From a virus, in IMG/VR virus record IMGVR_UViG_3300048906_000023, positions 1-48,014 of that record: a DNA stretch of 48,014 nt; one strand, given 5' to 3'. Both the position numbers and the translations under genes were made by a program. The notes below the pieces were generated by a model, which saw nothing but the letters and a program-made list of their open reading frames with translations, was not told the DNA's origin and did no database searches. Of this stretch, positions 9,447-18,579 are shown piece after piece. Every line of letters starts with the position of its first letter. The first letter of the stretch is position 1.

Positions 9447-10336
9447 TGGTGATCGACCTGGGCGAGCTGGCCGCTGCGATCAGCAAACTCGTTCTCCGCT
9501 TCGTCATGCGACGTGCGACGGCCGCGGCGTGGACATCCGCGAACCCCGTGCTCACCAGCGGCGAACCGGGCTACGAAACCGACACCAAGAAACTCAAGAT
9601 CGGCGACGGTGTCACGCCATGGGCCACGCTGACCTATTTCGCGGGCGGTGGTGGCGGTGGGACTGCCTACCCGTGGCCCGATGGCTGTATCGCGTGGTTT
9701 GGCACCGCAAAACGCGCTGGCGTGAGCGGCAAGCCCGTCCACTACCTCAACGCACCGCAAGACAGCCCGGCGCGCGGCCTGGTGGCCTCGGTGAGCGCTG
9801 GAACGCCGCTGTATTCGGCCAGCGGTGGCGTGGCCGGCGATGGCACGAGCTATTTCACGTGGGCGCCCGCGCTGCTGCTGAAAGACACCACGATCCTGGC
9901 TGTCGTGCGTACTCCCGCGGCCATGGCTGCAGGACGGATCAGCTCCGTGGTTTGTGGGAGCACGAGCAGTTCGCTGCAGCTCCGACTCAAGATGGTTTCC
10001 ACGTCTCTGGAGCTGGGCCTTGTGAAAACTGGCGTGATCGACATCGGCGTGGACACCGCGGCCGGTGCGCTTCCGCTCAACACGCTGATGGTCATCGGTG
10101 CGACGCTGAGCAGCGCTGGCGCCTGGCAACTGCTGCGGGGACTGACGGTGAGCGCTTCCGGAACGACGTCCACCGGCAATCTGCCGAGCGTGGCCGATTC
10201 TCTGATTGGCAACAGCCCGAACCCCAGCGAGACGGCGCTGCATGACCTTCACGAGCTGGTGATTTTCGATCGCGTTCTCGGATCGACCGACCTCGCGCAA
10301 GCGATCAACTATCTCAAATCAGAATACGGAATCTAA
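9446..10336 (+). CDS. tail fibre protein with hyaluronidase/Mtd_N-type N-terminal domain
   Basis: RRATAAAWTSANPVLTSGEPGYETDTKKLKIGDGVTPWATLTYF is the widespread phage-fibre N-terminal motif. It is followed by a poly-Gly linker. Confidence 0.7.
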   Translation: MVIDLGELAAAISKLVLRFVMRRATAAAWTSANPVLTSGEPGYETDTKKLKIGDGVTPWATLTYFAGGGGGGTAYPWPDGCIAWFGTAKRAGVSGKPVHYLNAPQDSPARGLVASVSAGTPLYSASGGVAGDGTSYFTWAPALLLKDTTILAVVRTPAAMAAGRISSVVCGSTSSSLQLRLKMVSTSLELGLVKTGVIDIGVDTAAGALPLNTLMVIGATLSSAGAWQLLRGLTVSASGTTSTGNLPSVADSLIGNSPNPSETALHDLHELVIFDRVLGSTDLAQAINYLKSEYGI

Positions 10337-10347
10337 GGAGCGACCAC

Positions 10348-12258
10348 ATGACTGCAGTTTCGATCTTCCCGATGGCTCAATGGCTGGAGGGCACCAACCA
10401 GAATTCGACGCCCGCCAACGACAACACGCTGCGCATGCAGGCCGCGGTGTCGCCTGCAAAGGGCTTCGCCGCGTCCGCGCCTGTCTCGCCGGCCGCAAAC
10501 GATATGTGGGTTGTCTCGACCACGTGGGGCGGCTTCACGTCGGGCAACGTCGTGATTTACACGGGCGGCGCGTGGAAAGAGTTCGCCGCTTACAACGGCA
10601 TGACGAAGGTGATCGGCGGCTCGAAGTACATCCGATCGGGTGGCTCGTGGACGGCCGATTCAAGCGGCGGTGGCGGCAGCGGCGCTACGATCGTGGATGC
10701 ACGCATGACGCTGACCGCGGTGGTGGACGGACACCCCGGCGCCGCCGGCACCGACAACGAGACGGTGATGGCCGCGGGCCTGGCGGTGCTGCAGAACGGC
10801 ATCCCGTACCGGACGGTCAATATCCAGAACGATGCGGGCCTTGATGTCCACGTCAGCGCCAAGACGCCGAACCCTTACGGTGTTCGCATGGGGCCGGGGC
10901 GTCTCCTGCAGACGGGCAATTTCCCTAGCGATCCGGGACGCGTGCAGTTGAATTCCGACGCCGACTGGCGTGGGCATACGTGCGGGATGGAATATCTCTA
11001 CTACGCCCAAAAGAAGATGCAGCTTCGCGCAGGGTGCGAGTGGCGCTTCATGGGCGACAGCACCACGGCTGGCGACTCGATCGTCAACAGCTACAACACC
11101 ATTGACCAAATGGTCAAGCAGCTCGTTCAAGACCACGGCTTCAAGATCACGGTGACGAACGCTGGGCATTCCGGCATCACGACGGAGCAGTGGCGCACCA
11201 CCTACCTGTCGGCCGACCTGGCTGCAGCCCCGGACGGCATGTGCATTCGCTACTGCGTCAACGATCCGGGATGGAAAAAGGACGGCACGGCCGGCACGCT
11301 CAACGCCTACGAAAGTGAATACGCGTTGCGTCGAGACATCGGTGATTTCGTCACGTCCATGCGTGCGGCGCTCACCACGATTCGCGCTGCTAAGGACGTC
11401 ACGGCCTTGTCGATCATCCTCATGAACGGCAACAGCACGGCCGACTCGCCGAACGGTCGCGACGAGAAGTGGTATGAGCTGACGGGTGCCGCGCTGCGCC
11501 AGTGCGCTCGCGATTTCCAGTGCGCATTCATCGACACTTACGCTATCTGGCGTGACTCGCGCAACGCTGCTGGCCGGTGGATGGACAACGCTGGCCTGCC
11601 GAGCGTGGACGGCCGCGCGATCCATCCTCTGGACATCATGAATCAGTGGATCGGCGGCGTTATCAGCGAACTCATCGTGCCGCGGGGCCTGGAGATTCGG
11701 AACACGATGGCCGCGCGTGCTGCGCCGAACATTTCGATTGCGCCTTCCCTGTTTCCGATCGGCTATTCGACGTTCGACGTCACCTGGACGATCAACGGCG
11801 TGGCAGTCACCGGAATGCTCATCAACTTCCGCAGCGTGGCGGGTGTCTCGTGGCAACGTCTGATCGACGGAAGCGGCGTAGCGCCTGTTAGTGAGCGCGC
11901 CGGCAACACCACGGGAGACGTGTGGTTCGACTGGATCAGCACGCCGAAGTCCACGGCGCCGCTCACGCTGTCCAATAGCTGGGTGGCCGGCTCGTGGGGT
12001 ATCACGTTCTACAAGGAGAACGGTGTTGTACGTCTCAGCGGGCGATTGAGCAATGGCACGACCACCGCAGGGACAACCGTCGCCACGCTGCCCGCTGGTT
12101 TCCGGCCGGCCTTCGATATCTTCTTTGTGGTCGCGTGCGGCGCGGGGGCGTCGAGCACGGGCGTGGTGACGATTTCGACCGCGGGGGTCATCACGATCGT
12201 CAACGTGGCGAACAACACGTACCTTGACCTGGGAAGCATTTCGTTCCCGATCTTCTAG
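10348..12258 (+). CDS. tail fibre/spike with central SGNH (GDSL) hydrolase domain
   Basis: 636 aa with a strong RBS (TAAGGAG). Block I motif FMGDSTTAGDS. The C-terminal region is beta-rich and fibre-like. Confidence 0.7.
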   Translation: MTAVSIFPMAQWLEGTNQNSTPANDNTLRMQAAVSPAKGFAASAPVSPAANDMWVVSTTWGGFTSGNVVIYTGGAWKEFAAYNGMTKVIGGSKYIRSGGSWTADSSGGGGSGATIVDARMTLTAVVDGHPGAAGTDNETVMAAGLAVLQNGIPYRTVNIQNDAGLDVHVSAKTPNPYGVRMGPGRLLQTGNFPSDPGRVQLNSDADWRGHTCGMEYLYYAQKKMQLRAGCEWRFMGDSTTAGDSIVNSYNTIDQMVKQLVQDHGFKITVTNAGHSGITTEQWRTTYLSADLAAAPDGMCIRYCVNDPGWKKDGTAGTLNAYESEYALRRDIGDFVTSMRAALTTIRAAKDVTALSIILMNGNSTADSPNGRDEKWYELTGAALRQCARDFQCAFIDTYAIWRDSRNAAGRWMDNAGLPSVDGRAIHPLDIMNQWIGGVISELIVPRGLEIRNTMAARAAPNISIAPSLFPIGYSTFDVTWTINGVAVTGMLINFRSVAGVSWQRLIDGSGVAPVSERAGNTTGDVWFDWISTPKSTAPLTLSNSWVAGSWGITFYKENGVVRLSGRLSNGTTTAGTTVATLPAGFRPAFDIFFVVACGAGASSTGVVTISTAGVITIVNVANNTYLDLGSISFPIF

Positions 12259-12422
12259 CGTGTCATGCGGGCAAGCTCGGTGCTCAGTTGCCGGGCTTGT
12301 TCCAACGTCAGCTCGTTGACGCACCGGCCCTCGCCGTTGTATAGGCTGAAGACCTGGCCCCATAGATCGATCCGCACCACCTTGCCCACGCGCACAGCCA
12401 CGAGAGGCACGCGCGTGGGCAT
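12255..12422 (-). CDS. hypothetical protein (55 aa; start uncertain)
   Basis: Inner ATG of ORF 12255..12509, chosen to avoid overlap with the upstream small ORF. No clear RBS. Confidence 0.35.
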   Translation of the reverse strand: MPTRVPLVAVRVGKVVRIDLWGQVFSLYNGEGRCVNELTLEQARQLSTELARMTR

Positions 12423-12457
12423 CACTTGCGTAGGCGGCTTGGCAAGCGGCGGCGGAC

Positions 12458-12628
12458 TCACGAGAACGCCCCCGCGATGATGACGATCAGCACAATGCCG
12501 AGAATCCACCAGTCGCTCGGTGCTTCGTGCGGTGCGCGGCCGGTGCCAGGTTGGATGCGACGAGAACGCTCAAGTTCCTGGTTCTCCCGAACCATCGTGC
12601 GAATCCATTCGTCCTCGTCGCCGCTCAC
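12458..12628 (-). CDS. small membrane protein (56 aa, C-terminal TM WWILGIVLIVIIAGAF)
   Basis: Translated by hand; the ORF is below the track cutoff. The GTG start overlaps the upstream stop as GTGA. Confidence 0.4.
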   Translation of the reverse strand: MSGDEDEWIRTMVRENQELERSRRIQPGTGRAPHEAPSDWWILGIVLIVIIAGAFS

Positions 12629-12843
12629 GACAGGGCCTCGCCGTCGATCGCTGCTTGGATGCTGTCGGCGATCTTGAGCACCTTCTTGCCGCGGAGCGAG
12701 TCGATCATGCCTGCGGCCATCGACGAATCGCTACGGGCGATGTCGTTGCCCATGAAGTTGAGCGCGTGGTAATCGAGCACCGCGGTGATGACGTTCGTGA
12801 TGAGCCACGCGCGGTCAGCGCTGGACAGTTCGGCCGCGCTCAC
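12625..12843 (-). CDS. hypothetical protein (72 aa)
   Basis: The GTG start overlaps the stop of the 12840..13094 gene (GTGA). The longer 118-aa version has an implausible H/R/G-rich N-terminus. Confidence 0.5.
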   Translation of the reverse strand: MSAAELSSADRAWLITNVITAVLDYHALNFMGNDIARSDSSMAAGMIDSLRGKKVLKIADSIQAAIDGEALS

Positions 12844-13094
12844 GACTTCACCGCCGCGCGTCGTTGCGACAGCTCTGCGAGCACCAGCGATTCGAGGTTC
12901 ACGCCCTTGATGCTGGCCGCGACCATGATGCTGATGATGGCGGTTGCCATGTGGTCGATCGTCAGTTTCTCCGCGGCCCACGCGTCGCCGACGTTGCCGA
13001 GGCGCGCGGCCTCGTTCTGCATTCCGGTGAAAGTGAGAATGTCGGAGGGCAGGCCGTTGTCGGGCTTGCCGGTGTTGGTGTCTGTGATGCTCAT
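12840..13094 (-). CDS. hypothetical protein, possibly an all-alpha MazG-like NTP pyrophosphohydrolase remnant
   Basis: 84 aa with RBS context aaccgTAAGGActcaccatcATG. The C-terminal ...IKGVNLESLVLAELSQRR resembles MazG-type helix ends, but the resemblance is weak. Confidence 0.55.
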   Translation of the reverse strand: MSITDTNTGKPDNGLPSDILTFTGMQNEAARLGNVGDAWAAEKLTIDHMATAIISIMVAASIKGVNLESLVLAELSQRRAAVKS

Positions 13095-13125
13095 GATGGT
13101 GAGTCCTTACGGTTGCGAGAGGTTG

Positions 13126-13506
13126 TCAGTACGCCACGCCGAGTTCGGCTTGCAGGAATTGGTCGAGGTTATCGTAATGGACGACCTGTTCCAGCTCGTG
13201 GAAGATGGTTTCACGCGGCCCCACGGCGATGACCTTTTTGCTGGTGGCAAGGGCCATGCCGAACTCGATGTGACGACCGCCACGACCGCCAGCAGCGCCG
13301 CGCGGTTCTTCCTGGATCGACACGAGCGTTTCGCACATCATGACATCACGGAAATCCACGAGGGCACATTCCGCCTTGGTGCCGTTGATGTGTTCTTCGC
13401 TCGTGATCCAGCGAGACGTGACCTCGTGCCCCAATTCGATCAGCAGCGCGGCCAGCTTCTTCGCGTCATCACGTCGTCCGTAACGCGCGGCAATGTAGAA
13501 CTTCAT
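13126..13506 (-). CDS. nucleoside 2-deoxyribosyltransferase-like (DUF4406/Rcl-like) protein
   Basis: 126 aa. MKFYIAARY... N-terminus and the RHIEFGMALA motif (conserved Glu context). RBS is GGAG. Confidence 0.6.
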   Translation of the reverse strand: MKFYIAARYGRRDDAKKLAALLIELGHEVTSRWITSEEHINGTKAECALVDFRDVMMCETLVSIQEEPRGAAGGRGGRHIEFGMALATSKKVIAVGPRETIFHELEQVVHYDNLDQFLQAELGVAY

Positions 13507-13539
13507 GTCGTAACTCCAAGTTGTGAACCGTAATCGTAA

Positions 13540-15534
13540 CTACCCGCCGATACCCATGTCAAGCAGCATTTTCTCGGCGTGCGCTTCGTAGAACTCGTAA
13601 TCGACATCGGGCGGGAGCTGCGTGGGCATCCGTAGGCACAGACGAGCGCCGTCGGAACCCGCAACCTTGTGACCCTCCTTGCAATCCACGATGTAGTCGC
13701 CTACTGCGTTCGTCGAGTAGTACCACCGCACCGCGCGGCCGTAATTCATGTCCGGCAAGTCGGTTGCCATGCGTGCGCCGCCCTTTGCTCCACGCACACG
13801 GATGAACTTGCGGATGTCCGCGCACGAGCGCACCGTCTGAGCGATCGGCGTGCCCTTGGACAGCTTGGCGATGACGGCCTCAGCGCAGATATCCAAGTCG
13901 GGATGCTTGCCTGCCGTGGCGTCCGGGCTGATGACGCCGCTGCGGCCGAACACGCCCTTACGCTTGACGGAGCCGTCGAACTGCAGCGACACGTAGTTGT
14001 TGACGTCGCGGCTGACGAGCGCTTGATACGGATGAACTTCGAGCGTGAGATTGCACGTCTTCTCCCACCACTTCAGGATCGCCTTAGCGGTGACTTCGCT
14101 GCCCCATGGCACGTGCATTTCGATGCCGTCGGTGTTGGCGCTCATCACGCGGATACCGGCCAGCGTCAGGCGTTCGATCAGCATCAACAGCGAGAGCTGT
14201 CCGCCGAGCGTCACGCTGATTCCCATTTGCGGGCTGTAGAAAATCGAGAAGCGCGAGAACAGCTTGCCAAACGTCCCGTTGTTCACGATCTTGAAGCCGC
14301 CCGTAACCGTCGTTATTTCCTCCCACAAGGGAGAGCCGACGATCAGCGTTTCGAGCTTGAGCTTCGCGTGATCGCGTTCGTACTTGAATTCGCTGTAAAT
14401 TTCTTGGAACAACGGGCCGAGCTGCGACGGGTAGAGCCCGCTATTGACGATCAGGGACGGGTAGTACGCGGCGACGTCGGCCGTCCACATCGTTCCGGAG
14501 CCTGGCACGCTGCGCGCAACCTGCTTTTTCTCCTGGCTGTGGAGGCCGCCGATCCCCATGCGGAACACGGAGCCGCCCATGTGGATGTTGAGTCCCTTCA
14601 GTTCCTTGGGCATCACCACGCCTGTGCGCAGCTTCTTGCCGTCAGGGCCGAGGACGTCCTCTCCGTCGGCGTCTTTCTCCGCTTCGTCCTTGTTCGTGAT
14701 GACGAAGTCGCAGTCGCGGACGAGCTGCAGGACGCTCTGCATGTACGGGGTTTCGAACGCGACGTACTCCGGAATGATCGCCTTGAACTTGGTGCCGTGG
14801 GGAATGTGCGGAATCCAAGGTTTCAACGAGCCGTCCCAGCCCACGTCGTAATCGCGCACGCTGGGAACGAGGTTGTCTAGCTGGGCGCGGAGCCGCCTCG
14901 ACCACTCGACTTTGACCATGGCTTCCGCCATTTGCGCATCGCTCTTGGAGCGAAGATCGACACCGTAACGAGCGCTGAGCGCCTCGCGCAGCTTGATGCG
15001 ACTGGCGATCGCCTTGCGCAGCTCCAACGTCACCTTGCGGTCGTTGCGGCAGTAGCTGATTTCCTGCGGCACGTGCGTGTAATCGATCGGCAACTTGAAA
15101 TCGACGGGGCTGTCCTGCACGAGTTCGGAGTGCATCCGACATGCGTACTGCTTCAGCGTGACGCGCACGCCTGGCGTGGGTTCCATCACGTCGATATGGT
15201 CGATCCAATCGGGGATGCGCAGGCCGTTGCGCTTGAGGATGTCCCACCACTTCACGCCGTGCACGATCATGGCGTCATTGGCCTCCTTGAGCATCGCGCA
15301 GTCGGCGCCGGCCAGCGCCAGCATGAGCATAGGGACGTCGTAGTTGACGCCGTTGAACGTCACGACCGTGAAGTGGCGCAACAGAGTTTCGATCGCAGGA
15401 ACGTCCAGCGTCGTCCACGGGAACAACTGAAAGTCCCACTCGGTTCCGGTCGTCGCGTCCGTGAACCCGATCAGGAACCAATTCGAAAAGCACTCGATGT
15501 CGAGTGCGGCTTCCGGGCGGCGTATGAGAGTCAT
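13540..15534 (-). CDS. family B DNA polymerase with N-terminal 3'-5' exonuclease
   Basis: ExoI is LDIECFSN. Pol motifs are A (DVAAYYPSL), B (KIVNNGTFGKL) and C (SANTDGI). ATG 15534 follows a terminator and an AAGG. Confidence 0.8.
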   Translation of the reverse strand: MTLIRRPEAALDIECFSNWFLIGFTDATTGTEWDFQLFPWTTLDVPAIETLLRHFTVVTFNGVNYDVPMLMLALAGADCAMLKEANDAMIVHGVKWWDILKRNGLRIPDWIDHIDVMEPTPGVRVTLKQYACRMHSELVQDSPVDFKLPIDYTHVPQEISYCRNDRKVTLELRKAIASRIKLREALSARYGVDLRSKSDAQMAEAMVKVEWSRRLRAQLDNLVPSVRDYDVGWDGSLKPWIPHIPHGTKFKAIIPEYVAFETPYMQSVLQLVRDCDFVITNKDEAEKDADGEDVLGPDGKKLRTGVVMPKELKGLNIHMGGSVFRMGIGGLHSQEKKQVARSVPGSGTMWTADVAAYYPSLIVNSGLYPSQLGPLFQEIYSEFKYERDHAKLKLETLIVGSPLWEEITTVTGGFKIVNNGTFGKLFSRFSIFYSPQMGISVTLGGQLSLLMLIERLTLAGIRVMSANTDGIEMHVPWGSEVTAKAILKWWEKTCNLTLEVHPYQALVSRDVNNYVSLQFDGSVKRKGVFGRSGVISPDATAGKHPDLDICAEAVIAKLSKGTPIAQTVRSCADIRKFIRVRGAKGGARMATDLPDMNYGRAVRWYYSTNAVGDYIVDCKEGHKVAGSDGARLCLRMPTQLPPDVDYEFYEAHAEKMLLDMGIGG

Positions 15535-15546
15535 GCTTGCCTTACG

Positions 15547-15577
15547 AAAAAGGCCGGCGCAGTTGCCCACGCCGGCC
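15547..15577 (-). terminator. rho-independent terminator between the SSB-like gene and polB
   Basis: On the minus strand, GGCCGGCG-tgggcaact-CGCCGGCC is followed by TTTTT. Confidence 0.6.
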
Positions 15578-15601
15578 GAACTTGCAACTTGACCCCTCAG
15601 C

Positions 15602-16777
15602 TTAGCCGAGGACGTAGTGGCCGGCGGCGAGGCCCGCTTCCTCCGTCCAGCCCTGGGCCTTGACGCCTTCGAACGTCAGGCCCTGCGCCGCCAGGTGCGG
15701 AGCGAGCTTGTAGGTCTTCACCGGAGGCGTCAGCACGGGCGGTGCCAGCGGCGCAGGAGCGACCGGAGCAGCCGCCTGCAGCACGAGGTAGCCCGCGGCC
15801 GCCGCAGCTTCCGCCGACATTTGGGCGGTGATGGACTGCAGGGTGTGACCCTGCTGCGCGTAGGCCGGCGCCACCACGTACACCGGAGCCACGGGCGGCG
15901 TGGGGATCGTCAGCGCGGGAGGCGTGGGCAGAGCCAGGCCCGGAGCAGCGGGAGCACCGAGAGCCAGGCCCGGAGCAGCGGGAGCACCGAGAGCCAGGCC
16001 CGGAGCAGCCAGCGGCGTCGGCGCGCCGGGCAGCGCGAGGCCGCCAGGTGCAGCCGTGCCCACCGGAGCACCGGGGATCGCGCTCAGGCCCTGCGGCATG
16101 TAGCCCACCTTCAGGTTGCCGAACGTGGCTTGCGCGTCCGGGCCGGACTTGATCTCGTCTTCTGCACGGCCGCCGAGGAACGTGATGAGCTTCGGGTAGA
16201 GGCTGATGCCCGGAACCTGCTGCTTGGACAGGTCGGCCATGTTCGACTTCACTTCGAGCGCAACCACGATCCAGAAACCGCGCTTGACCACGTCCGTGAC
16301 TTTCGGCGCGTTCGGGCCGATGCCGATTTCCTGGTCGGGCCGGTACTGGTTGAGGTGGTACACGCTCACCGGGAAGTTCGTGTCGAACTTGATGATGTGA
16401 TGGCCCTTGAAACCGGCCTTGCCCGCGACCGATTGGCCGTTGGTGTCCACGCCGTCGCCGTCCTGATACTTCCACGAGAACTTGGGATTCGTGCAGCCGC
16501 CGCCGATGACCGGCTGCGCACCGTTCGGGAAGAACTGCGGCCACGACGTGGCGGCGACTTGAACGAGCTGCATGTAGAACGCATTGAACTCGGCGTTCGT
16601 CGAGCCGTCGGGGAGCGTCTTGGGGAACGCGAGCGAGAAGAACATGCCCATGTCCGGAACGGTCTTGGCGGCGTCCTTCCACTGCAGTTGTTTCGTCAGC
16701 GAATCCTTGCGCTGCTGCATTTCGATCTTGCCTTGCACGATGCGGCCGGCGGGGGTTTGGAGTTCCATGATTGTCAC
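15602..16777 (-). CDS. putative ssDNA-binding protein (DUF2815/gp2.5-like) with P/A-rich C-terminal linker
   Basis: 391 aa, placed between the DUF2800 nuclease and the polymerase as in known modules. The start is either GTG 16777 or ATG 16768. Confidence 0.5.
   Translation of the reverse strand: MTIMELQTPAGRIVQGKIEMQQRKDSLTKQLQWKDAAKTVPDMGMFFSLAFPKTLPDGSTNAEFNAFYMQLVQVAATSWPQFFPNGAQPVIGGGCTNPKFSWKYQDGDGVDTNGQSVAGKAGFKGHHIIKFDTNFPVSVYHLNQYRPDQEIGIGPNAPKVTDVVKRGFWIVVALEVKSNMADLSKQQVPGISLYPKLITFLGGRAEDEIKSGPDAQATFGNLKVGYMPQGLSAIPGAPVGTAAPGGLALPGAPTPLAAPGLALGAPAAPGLALGAPAAPGLALPTPPALTIPTPPVAPVYVVAPAYAQQGHTLQSITAQMSAEAAAAAGYLVLQAAAPVAPAPLAPPVLTPPVKTYKLAPHLAAQGLTFEGVKAQGWTEEAGLAAGHYVLG
15931..16009. 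repeat. perfect 30-bp tandem repeat, 2.6 copies (encodes GLALGAPAAP units)
   Basis: gagccaggcccggagcagcgggagcaccga is repeated head-to-tail inside the SSB-like gene. Confidence 0.9.
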
Positions 16778-17916
16778 TTTCGATGTGTGAAGGCTCGTAG
16801 AGCCTGGAGAGGGTCAACTGCCTTGAGGGTCAGCTCGCCCGTGGGTTGTTCCGCGTACATGGCTTCGAGGTCGATGCCCGGTACGACGTTGCGCAGTTTT
16901 GCAGGAGACTTCAGCTTGGTTTCGGTTACCTCCACGTTCAACAGGCGGCCCATTTGTTCGACTTCGGCGCGGCGTTCTTCCGGCCACCGGAACCGCGTGG
17001 CCTTGCGCTCCAGAGCGAAGCCAGGTACACGACGGCCGCGACGGATCAACGACTCGGCTTGCGCGGAAAGGCCGGTGACGCGGTGCTCAATGCGCTCCGC
17101 GGCGAGCTGCAGTTGCAGCAGCTCGTAAGCGAGTTCCAATTCCGTCAGCTCGTGCGGCGTGCTGCCGTAGGCCGTGTCCACGCCCGCGCCGGCCGCAGCC
17201 TGCAGCGTGGTGCACGCATGCGCCGCCCCGCAGTTACGACAGGACGGGTTGACGGTGCACAGCGGATCGGGCGCGTGGGCATTGAGCGCCGCCTGCTGCA
17301 GTTCTTCGGCCAGCGGTCGCATTTCCTCACGCGAGACACGCCAGGTACGCACGGTTCCGTCGCGGTGCGCAGCACGCGGTTGAACGATGGTGCACACGAG
17401 TTCTCTCAGGTGAGGGAACAGCATGAACAGCGTCCAACCGTAGACCACGAGTTGATCGAGCCGCCACACTTCGACCAATCGAAACCCCATCTTGAGGTCG
17501 GCGAGGTAGCCGACATCATCGTGAGGAACAACGCGATAGGCGTCGGGCGTGCCATTCTGCGTGCCAGGAAAGATGGCCGCTGTTGGCAAGGGCGACTCAA
17601 TCTTCGTGAACGCGGGATAGCCCCACGAGCTGATGACGTCGAGGTATTCCTCAGCGCCACGGAACAGGTCTTCCGTTAGCTCGCGGTTGTTCGGCGACAG
17701 CGAGCCGACAACGGGCGGGGAGATTTCATAACCTCCCACGCGCCGCAAGTCCCATAGCGTGGCTGCGAGCCAGTGCGTGGCCGTGCCGTCCTCGCGCACC
17801 TCGTTATCCGCGGTGTCGGGGAGCGCCTTGACGGTAGACATGATGGCGGCGTAACCCGCGCATCGCTTCCACGTCGAGGCCGCCGACGGCCGTAGATAAA
17901 TGACACGCGAGGACAT
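16774..17916 (-). CDS. DUF2800-type PD-(D/E)XK (Cas4-like) nuclease
   Basis: N-terminal LRPSAASTWKRCAGY...EDGTATHWL motif and a C-terminal Cys cluster CTVNPSCRNCGAAHAC. Confidence 0.7.
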   Translation of the reverse strand: MSSRVIYLRPSAASTWKRCAGYAAIMSTVKALPDTADNEVREDGTATHWLAATLWDLRRVGGYEISPPVVGSLSPNNRELTEDLFRGAEEYLDVISSWGYPAFTKIESPLPTAAIFPGTQNGTPDAYRVVPHDDVGYLADLKMGFRLVEVWRLDQLVVYGWTLFMLFPHLRELVCTIVQPRAAHRDGTVRTWRVSREEMRPLAEELQQAALNAHAPDPLCTVNPSCRNCGAAHACTTLQAAAGAGVDTAYGSTPHELTELELAYELLQLQLAAERIEHRVTGLSAQAESLIRRGRRVPGFALERKATRFRWPEERRAEVEQMGRLLNVEVTETKLKSPAKLRNVVPGIDLEAMYAEQPTGELTLKAVDPLQALRAFTHRK

Positions 17917-17918
17917 GC

Positions 17919-18557
17919 TCAGGCCGCCGGGGTCAGAGCGGCCTGGAACGACGTGAGCCAGCCTTGCACCGTGGCGTCGTCAGCGGTCTTCAGCGCCTCG
18001 AGCGAGGTGTTGCCGGCGGCCAGGGAGGACGTCACCCACGTTTCGTCGGCGCGCTTGCCGGGGCCGGTGTTGGCCGCCAGGTAGGCCAGGAGCTGTTGAT
18101 ACTTCGTCGGCGGCGTCAGCGTCGGGGGCGCCAGCGCGGCGGGCGGCGTCAGGGCCGGCGGGGTCAGCGTGGCCGCGGGCAGGCCGAGCGCGACGCCGGG
18201 AGCCGCGGCGCCGGGCGTGCCCATCTTGGCGCGGAGTTCCGCCTCGACGGTGGCGACGACGGTCGGCGGCGTGTTCTTGCGCTTCGTCCACTTGCCGTCG
18301 CCCTTGATCGACTTCGCGCCCGAGTGGATGCGCTCGTCCCACGGCAGGCCGGCGGAATCGAATTCGGGCGGCGTCGCGGTGGTCGCGCCGGTGGTCGTGG
18401 TGTCGGTGGTGCCTTCGTCGCCGTCGTCATCGGGGGCACCGTTGCCCACGCCAGCGGGCACGTTCTCGGCGCTGTCCTTCAGCGACTCGCCGGCCTTCAT
18501 GAGCGCGGCAGCGAAGGAGTACAGGAGGTATTGCAGGTTCGTCATCGGCTTGGACAT
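17919..18557 (-). CDS. hypothetical protein with acidic/Thr-rich and PPALTPP low-complexity regions and a GLPWDERIHS motif
   Basis: Inner ATG (MSKPMTNLQ...) of ORF 17919..18638. It is the first gene of the leftward operon. Confidence 0.6.
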   Translation of the reverse strand: MSKPMTNLQYLLYSFAAALMKAGESLKDSAENVPAGVGNGAPDDDGDEGTTDTTTTGATTATPPEFDSAGLPWDERIHSGAKSIKGDGKWTKRKNTPPTVVATVEAELRAKMGTPGAAAPGVALGLPAATLTPPALTPPAALAPPTLTPPTKYQQLLAYLAANTGPGKRADETWVTSSLAAGNTSLEALKTADDATVQGWLTSFQAALTPAA

Positions 18558-18579
18558 GGTTTCTATCTCTTGAAGTGGG

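Noticed and set aside
9446-10336. Possible diversity-generating retroelement, because the fibre N-terminus resembles the Mtd N-terminal domain of Bordetella phage BPP-1.
   Set aside because: There is no reverse transcriptase anywhere in the genome, and I saw no template/variable repeat pair near the 3' ends of the fibre genes. This N-terminal motif is widespread in ordinary fibres.
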